NCBI GenBank assembly: GCA_025061115.1
Contig: JANZKC010000002.1
Location: 96,001 to 160,000, forward strand
From: Candidatus Culexmicrobium cathedralense
GTDB lineage: Archaea; Thermoproteota; Methanomethylicia; Culexarchaeales; Culexmicrobiaceae
Reading direction: 5' to 3'
DNA length: 64,000 nt
Shown: positions 58,701 to 64,000 of the stretch, piece by piece
Layout of the letters: each line of letters starts with the position of its first letter
How positions within the stretch are numbered: the first letter of the stretch is position 1
Notes under the pieces: model-generated
The model's input: the letters and a program-made list of their open reading frames with translations, nothing else
Told to the model about the DNA's origin: nothing
Database searches by the model: none
Position numbers and translations under genes: made by a program

Positions 58701-58922
58701 TTGAGTAAGCGTAATAAAAGTGAAGCTCCTGAACCCCCACTAACACCAGTTGAACCACTACTCTACGAACCTCATTGGACTGGAGATGTGCTGAAACTTC
58801 TCATGCATGCAATTAGGAGATTGAATGAACTTAATAAGAAGATTAATGAAATTTCTAATAAAATAGATAATTTAACAGTTAAAATTGAAGAAATTTCTAA
58901 AATGTTGGAGAAATCCTCTTAA
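58701..58922 (+). CDS. Small hypothetical protein with Pro-rich N-terminus and coiled coil
   Basis: EPPLTPVEP followed by heptads LNELNKKINEISNKIDNLTVKIEEI; TTG after GGTGG. Confidence 0.55.
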   Translation: MSKRNKSEAPEPPLTPVEPLLYEPHWTGDVLKLLMHAIRRLNELNKKINEISNKIDNLTVKIEEISKMLEKSS

Positions 58923-59967
58923 CATAATTTCCGACAATTGGAATGGATTCACCGCATTTCGGACATTTTTTATTTTCAGTAAGATTGTACTTCAAAACTC
59001 TATATCCATATCTTTTTATTAGTAGTTCACCGCATTCAGGGCAGTAAGTATTTTCATAGGGATGTCCGGGGACATTTCCAATGTAAGGGAATTTAACGCC
59101 TAACTTCTTAGCTAATTTATAAGCAAATTCCAAAGTTTCAACCTTTGTTGGAGGGTTGTAAAACTTAAACGCTGGATAGTACCTTGTAAAGTGAATTGGA
59201 GTTTCAGGTCCAACCTCCTTCAGATGCCTATTTATAATCCATCGAATGCACTCCTCATCATCATTTACGCCAGTGACTATTAAATTCACTATTTCAACAT
59301 GTATCCCCATGCTCTTAGCTTCCCTTGCATTTCTCCAAACATACTCTACATTAACGCCTCCGCAGTACTTTTCATAGACTTCATCATCCCCCTTAACGTC
59401 GATCTTTAATCCATTTAAACCTGCATCTTTGAGCATTTTGAGAGCTTCCATAGTCATGTACCCATTACTCACGTAAGTATTATACAGAGAATGCATTTCA
59501 GCCAGTTTAAAGCAGTCTAGTGAATACTCAAACAGCATGAGAGGCTCATTAAAGCTAACGCATAAGCCCTCATCGCCGCGCTTCAACGCCATTTCAACAA
59601 TTCTATCTGGAGAGATGAAGTGGGCCGCCCTTGGATTTGGATGCTGCTTGCTTAAATGCCAATTTTGACACCATAAGCAGTAGAAGTTGCAGCTCCAAGT
59701 TGAAAAAGTAAGTGCAGAGGAGCCAGGCCAAAAGTGAAAGAAGGGCTTAATCTCTATAGGCCTACTCTCAACTGCACTTAAATCTCCATAAGTTAAAGTG
59801 TAGAGAACACCATCAATATTTAATCTGGTTCCGCAATACCCCTTCTTTCCAGGAGAAATTCTACATCTTCTCTCGCACAGCCCACATTCAACTACTCCAC
59901 CAGCAAGAGGCTTAAATAAAAGAGCTTTCCTAACTGTTGAGTACTTAGTTAAGTCTTTAATGAGCAT
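58897..59967 (-). CDS. AmmeMemoRadiSam system radical SAM enzyme (PFL-activase-like)
   Basis: CGLCERRC, RPIEIKPFFHF, CNFYCLWCQNW and NTYCPECG motifs. Confidence 0.9.
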   Translation of the reverse strand: MLIKDLTKYSTVRKALLFKPLAGGVVECGLCERRCRISPGKKGYCGTRLNIDGVLYTLTYGDLSAVESRPIEIKPFFHFWPGSSALTFSTWSCNFYCLWCQNWHLSKQHPNPRAAHFISPDRIVEMALKRGDEGLCVSFNEPLMLFEYSLDCFKLAEMHSLYNTYVSNGYMTMEALKMLKDAGLNGLKIDVKGDDEVYEKYCGGVNVEYVWRNAREAKSMGIHVEIVNLIVTGVNDDEECIRWIINRHLKEVGPETPIHFTRYYPAFKFYNPPTKVETLEFAYKLAKKLGVKFPYIGNVPGHPYENTYCPECGELLIKRYGYRVLKYNLTENKKCPKCGESIPIVGNYVKRISPTF

Positions 59968-60057
59968 TTCAAATTAACTCGTAGCCAAGAAGCATAATAA
60001 ACTTATGGCATAAACCTAAAAGTGCGCAATTAACATTATAATTCGCGAGGAATTGTA

Positions 60058-60846
60058 ATGCATGAGAACGTGATCCACGAAGGCGATTACGTAATCATGT
60101 ACTTGAATCGCCGCAGAACATACCTAGTTAAAGTAAAGCCAGATCAAGTACTGCACACCCATCGGGGATACGTAAAGTTAGGCGAACTAATAGGAAAAAG
60201 GTATGGAACCAAAGTTAAAAGCCACCTCGGATACACATTCACAGCCTTAAAGCCAAATTTAAAAGACTTCATCTTCAAGTTCGCCAGGAAAACTCAGATA
60301 ATATATCCTAAGGACATCGCGCTAATCATAATATATACGGGAATAGGGCCTGGATGGAAAGTTGTTGAAGCAGGAACAGGTTCAGGAGCATTGACGAGCG
60401 CACTCGCATACTACGTTAAACCTAACGGCAAAGTTTACAGCTATGACATTAGGGAAGAGGCACTTGAAGTTGCGAGAAAAAATCTTGAAAAAGCTGGACT
60501 ACTAGACTCTGTAGAGCTCAAATTAAAGGACGTTACTCAAGGAATAGATGAAAGAAATGTGGATGCAGTTGTACTTGACTTAGCAACTCCATGGCTGGTA
60601 GTACCCCACGCCTATGAGGCTCTCGCGGATTGGGGCGTATTTGCAAGCTACAGTCCAACAATAGATCAAGTTGTCAAAACCGTAGAAGCTTTGAAGAACG
60701 AGGGATTCATAGCAATAGAATGCCTAGAGTGCCTAGTAAGGAGAATTAAGGCTGTGCCCGGAGAAACTAGACCTGAAACTTTAATGATCGGACACACCGG
60801 ATACATAGTAATTGCAAGAAAAAGCATTCGGGAGGAGATTGATTGA
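60058..60846 (+). CDS. trmI: tRNA (adenine-N1)-methyltransferase
   Basis: TQIIYPKD, EAGTGSGALT, LDLATPW and HTGY motifs. Confidence 0.95.
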   Translation: MHENVIHEGDYVIMYLNRRRTYLVKVKPDQVLHTHRGYVKLGELIGKRYGTKVKSHLGYTFTALKPNLKDFIFKFARKTQIIYPKDIALIIIYTGIGPGWKVVEAGTGSGALTSALAYYVKPNGKVYSYDIREEALEVARKNLEKAGLLDSVELKLKDVTQGIDERNVDAVVLDLATPWLVVPHAYEALADWGVFASYSPTIDQVVKTVEALKNEGFIAIECLECLVRRIKAVPGETRPETLMIGHTGYIVIARKSIREEID

Positions 60847-62420
60847 GCAAAAAAATACTCATATCAATAATAATATTATTGCTCCTAACAACAGTAATAA
60901 ATATAAAAACAACATATGCAAAAACTAACTTAAAATCATCTGGAAAATACAACTTCATCATAAATGTTGATGATGACGGCGAAATTGAAGTGAAAATAAA
61001 CTACCATTCCGACTTAAATGAGGGCAGCTCATGGGTTTTAGTGCCAAAAAACTTCACGAGCTGGACATTAAAGATTTTAAAAGGCGAAATCGAGAGTTCC
61101 AAGCTAAAAGACGCTTACACAACAACTGGTGAAAAGTACGTATTTTACAGCAACTTCACATACAACTACACCGGAGCCAATGGCTTTGAAATGCAAATAA
61201 CCTATCAAATGGATTATGGCTCAATAATAGTTGAGCCGCAATGCTTTTTCTTCTCACCTCAAATAGGCTTCAGCCCATTTGACAGCGGCATCGTCCACAT
61301 ATTCTTCCCAAAAAGCGCTGAACTAGATATGAATAAAATGCAGCCTAAACCGGAGGGAATTCAAGAAAAGCCAAATGCATATGTTGCTACATTCTACCTC
61401 CAAAACAATATGGCAAGAATAGCCATCGAATACACAACGACTAATCAGCCAAACATTACTAGAGTTGAGAGCGGCATATTTACAGTTGAAACTCCTACGC
61501 GCTACTTGGACCTAGCTGAAAGATTACTTAAAGCATATGATAAGGTGTACTACAACTTAACGGAGATATTCGCAGTTAACCTGACGGAGGTAAAGGTAAA
61601 GTTCTATGCGCCAACAATGGAAGACCTTTGGATTGGAGGCTACATACCATTTAACGGAACTTACCTTGGAGAAATAAATCTAAACCTATTCTACGTGAGA
61701 ACCTCCTTAGGATACTGGGAGCAAATAGCAATCCACGAGCTAGTGCACCACTTTGTCTGGGCAGCAGGAATAACTCCAAATCTCCTATGGTTCCATGAAG
61801 GCTTAGCTGAGTACATTAGCTTCACACTAACTTTAAGAGCCGGCTGGACTGGAGCTGAAGTAAATAGAGAAAGGCTCGAGAAACTAGCCGAATTATTAAA
61901 GCCAAATCTGGGATTCATACAGGATTGGAAGCCTGGAAAAGCCTATGGAAACATCATTATGTACTACGCAGCATCATACGAGGTAGTTAAAGGAATAGCT
62001 GAAAGTCGCGGTGGAATTCAATTCTACAGTAAATTCTTTAGGCAAATAAGAAATCTGCATAATTTAACTTCAACCGACGTACTCATCTATTACTTAAGTA
62101 AATGCGCAAATGAGGATTTAACTCCAAAATTCATTCAATGGCACTTCAACGTAGTGAACGTTTGCGCAGTGCATGAAGCGATCAAGGAAGGAAAAACAAT
62201 TACAAACAGGCAGTTGCCCATAGCTCAACCATGGTTAACAATAGCTAGAAAACTTCTAGAGCAGGCTGAAGAAGCATTGGACCGAGGGGATTTGAGAGAG
62301 GCAATCATGAAAGCACTTATGGGAGGATTTATAGCGAAAACATCTTTAACCCTAACCTTGCTAACTGTCATTGGAGTAACACTTATAATCATGAGGCGAA
62401 TTACTCGTGAAGAAATTTGA
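60843..62420 (+). CDS. Secreted, C-terminally anchored gluzincin (MA-clan) metallopeptidase-domain protein
   Basis: Signal peptide; HELVH plus WFHEGLAEY; C-terminal TM helix with basic tail. Confidence 0.8.
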   Translation: MSKKILISIIILLLLTTVINIKTTYAKTNLKSSGKYNFIINVDDDGEIEVKINYHSDLNEGSSWVLVPKNFTSWTLKILKGEIESSKLKDAYTTTGEKYVFYSNFTYNYTGANGFEMQITYQMDYGSIIVEPQCFFFSPQIGFSPFDSGIVHIFFPKSAELDMNKMQPKPEGIQEKPNAYVATFYLQNNMARIAIEYTTTNQPNITRVESGIFTVETPTRYLDLAERLLKAYDKVYYNLTEIFAVNLTEVKVKFYAPTMEDLWIGGYIPFNGTYLGEINLNLFYVRTSLGYWEQIAIHELVHHFVWAAGITPNLLWFHEGLAEYISFTLTLRAGWTGAEVNRERLEKLAELLKPNLGFIQDWKPGKAYGNIIMYYAASYEVVKGIAESRGGIQFYSKFFRQIRNLHNLTSTDVLIYYLSKCANEDLTPKFIQWHFNVVNVCAVHEAIKEGKTITNRQLPIAQPWLTIARKLLEQAEEALDRGDLREAIMKALMGGFIAKTSLTLTLLTVIGVTLIIMRRITREEI

Positions 62421-63180
62421 AGAGGAAAAAGTCGTGAAGATCTTCGGCCTTAGAGGAATTCCGATAATAAAGGAAGGAGATGACATCGCTAAAATAATTT
62501 GCGAAGCAGCTGAAAGTCAAGGTATAGGAATTCGAGATGGAGATGTAATTGTCATCGCAAGCAAAATAGTAGCAAAAGCCGAAGGCCAAATCATAAATTT
62601 AGATGAAATCAAGCCATCCCCATTCGCAATAAGAGTTGGCGAGCTAATGAATAAAGATCCGCGATTAGTTGAGCTCATACTAAGAGAAAGTAACAAAGTA
62701 GTCAAGATGAAGTTCCGCCATCTAATAGTCGAAACCAAGCACGGCTTTGTCTGCGCAAACGCAGGAATAGATCGAAGCAACGTAGCAGGTCAAAAAAACA
62801 TAGTTTCACTACTACCAAAAGATCCAGATGAATCAGCCAGAAAGATACGAGAAAGAATTAGGGAGCTTAAGGGAGTGGATGTCGCAGTAATTATTTCAGA
62901 CACATTTGGAAGAGCATGGAGAGCAGGACATGTGAATTTTGCAATTGGAATATCCGGAATGAAACCGATAAGAGACTATAGAGGCGAAAATGACATGTTC
63001 GGCTATACTCTAAGAGTAACGCAAATGGCAGTTGCAGACGAATTGGCAGCAGCCGCAGAACTAGTAATGGGAAAAGCCGATGGAATACCAGTAGCAATAA
63101 TTCGCGGATACGACTACCCCAGAGGAGAAGGAAGCTCCAAGGATTTGATATACCCAGAGGAAAAAGACTTGTTTAGATAA
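62407..63180 (+). CDS. cofE: Coenzyme F420-0:L-glutamate ligase
   Basis: SKIVAKAEG, CANAGIDRSN, DTFGRAWR and ADELAAAA motifs. Confidence 0.95.
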   Translation: MKKFEEEKVVKIFGLRGIPIIKEGDDIAKIICEAAESQGIGIRDGDVIVIASKIVAKAEGQIINLDEIKPSPFAIRVGELMNKDPRLVELILRESNKVVKMKFRHLIVETKHGFVCANAGIDRSNVAGQKNIVSLLPKDPDESARKIRERIRELKGVDVAVIISDTFGRAWRAGHVNFAIGISGMKPIRDYRGENDMFGYTLRVTQMAVADELAAAAELVMGKADGIPVAIIRGYDYPRGEGSSKDLIYPEEKDLFR

Positions 63181-63869
63181 TAAAATCTAATGCCTAAATC
63201 AACAAACTCCAAAGCACAAACTCAAACAAAACTTCACTAAAACATGAAATCAACATCTATTTTAAAGAAATAATGGTCAACTTGAATCCACATAACTCAC
63301 TTGCAACAAACGCAATCATCTAAATTTCATCTCAATCGAAAGACTCGAACGCAATCACCTCCAAAGAGATCGTTCCAGCATGATTCGGTGAAGAATGGCT
63401 AGCAGCAACTGCAAAAGCCTCATTCAACTTCACCACTCACAATCAAAATAAAAATCTCATAAATCAAATAACTGCTAATGGACAATATAAATAAAGTGAT
63501 CAACAAAGAAGAATTACATCAACATGGCACGCCAAACCCGCATTCTCAACTACGAACAACAATTAAGTAAAGGTTTTCCACATATTTACAATGAAATTGT
63601 AAAAAGGATGCAAAAATAGAAAAACCATAAAAAAGGGACGGGAATGCCGTTTTTCCCCAAAAAGAAGAATAGAGAGCAGAGAAAAGGATTAGAAATCAGA
63701 AATTATCTGAACAAAAAGAAAATAGCCAGCAAATACCTGTTTAGCTTAAAAACAATCAGAAGATGCCAGATTAAAATTAATTTAAAGCGAAAATTGCAGA
63801 TTAAAATTAAAAATTTCCGAGCAGAAAGCTTTTTAAGTAAGTTTGAGTCTTCAAAAAAGACTAGGTGAG

Positions 63870-64000
63870 ATGTACAGCCAAATTCAGGTCGGGAGGGCGA
63901 TAGGTCGCCACATATATGGGAGTCTGTATGGATGCGAAGAAAGTAAATTAAGTAGCCCAGAATATCTTAGAGAAATCGTTATTAAAGCTGTTGAAGTTGC
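63870..64000 (+). CDS. S-adenosylmethionine decarboxylase family proenzyme (AdoMetDC or pyruvoyl arginine decarboxylase); 3' truncated
   Basis: ATG after AGGTGAG; MYSQIQVGRAIGRHIYGSLYGCEESKLSSPEYLREIVIKAVEV matches the family N-terminus GxH(I/V)YG(N/S)LYGC. Confidence 0.75.
   Translation, partial: MYSQIQVGRAIGRHIYGSLYGCEESKLSSPEYLREIVIKAVEV

Noticed and set aside
63644-63868. 74-aa Lys-rich ORF
   Set aside because: Low-complexity product of an A-rich tract that spans the likely promoter of the downstream decarboxylase; no motif
1-64000. CRISPR array, tRNA/rRNA genes, transposases, integrases
   Set aside because: No regularly spaced repeats, cloverleaf or rRNA-like GC-rich blocks, or recombinase/transposase motifs were seen by eye

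Overview
Archaeal chromosome segment, most likely from a thermophilic TACK-type lineage. Evidence for this includes TBP, Sec11 signal peptidase, tetraether synthase Tes, arcadin-1, F420 enzymes Fno and CofE, TrmI, Lhr and a di-myo-inositol-phosphate pathway. It is gene-dense and mostly housekeeping or metabolic. Two accessory-looking blocks stand out. (i) About 9.1-14.5 kb: a GlpT-like MFS transporter divergent from an IPCT-DIPPS-ino1 operon, extended by a GT4 glycosyltransferase whose Shine-Dalgarno site sits in a perfect 9-bp hairpin. (ii) About 33.9-45.1 kb: an AT-rich type IV pilus locus with a major pilin, an assembly ATPase, a DUF2226/PATAN-like protein, five minor pilin-like genes, TadC, two diverged pilin paralogues, a Cys-rich protein and a coiled-coil protein. 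Three features absent from the ORF track were read from the sequence: a CdrS-like ribbon-helix-helix gene (48349-48522), a box C/D sRNA (57735-57797) and the start of an AdoMet decarboxylase-family gene at the right edge. No CRISPR array, tRNA, rRNA, transposase or integrase was seen. All product calls come from motif recognition by eye, with no database searches. Several start codons were adjusted from the ORF track using RBS position.
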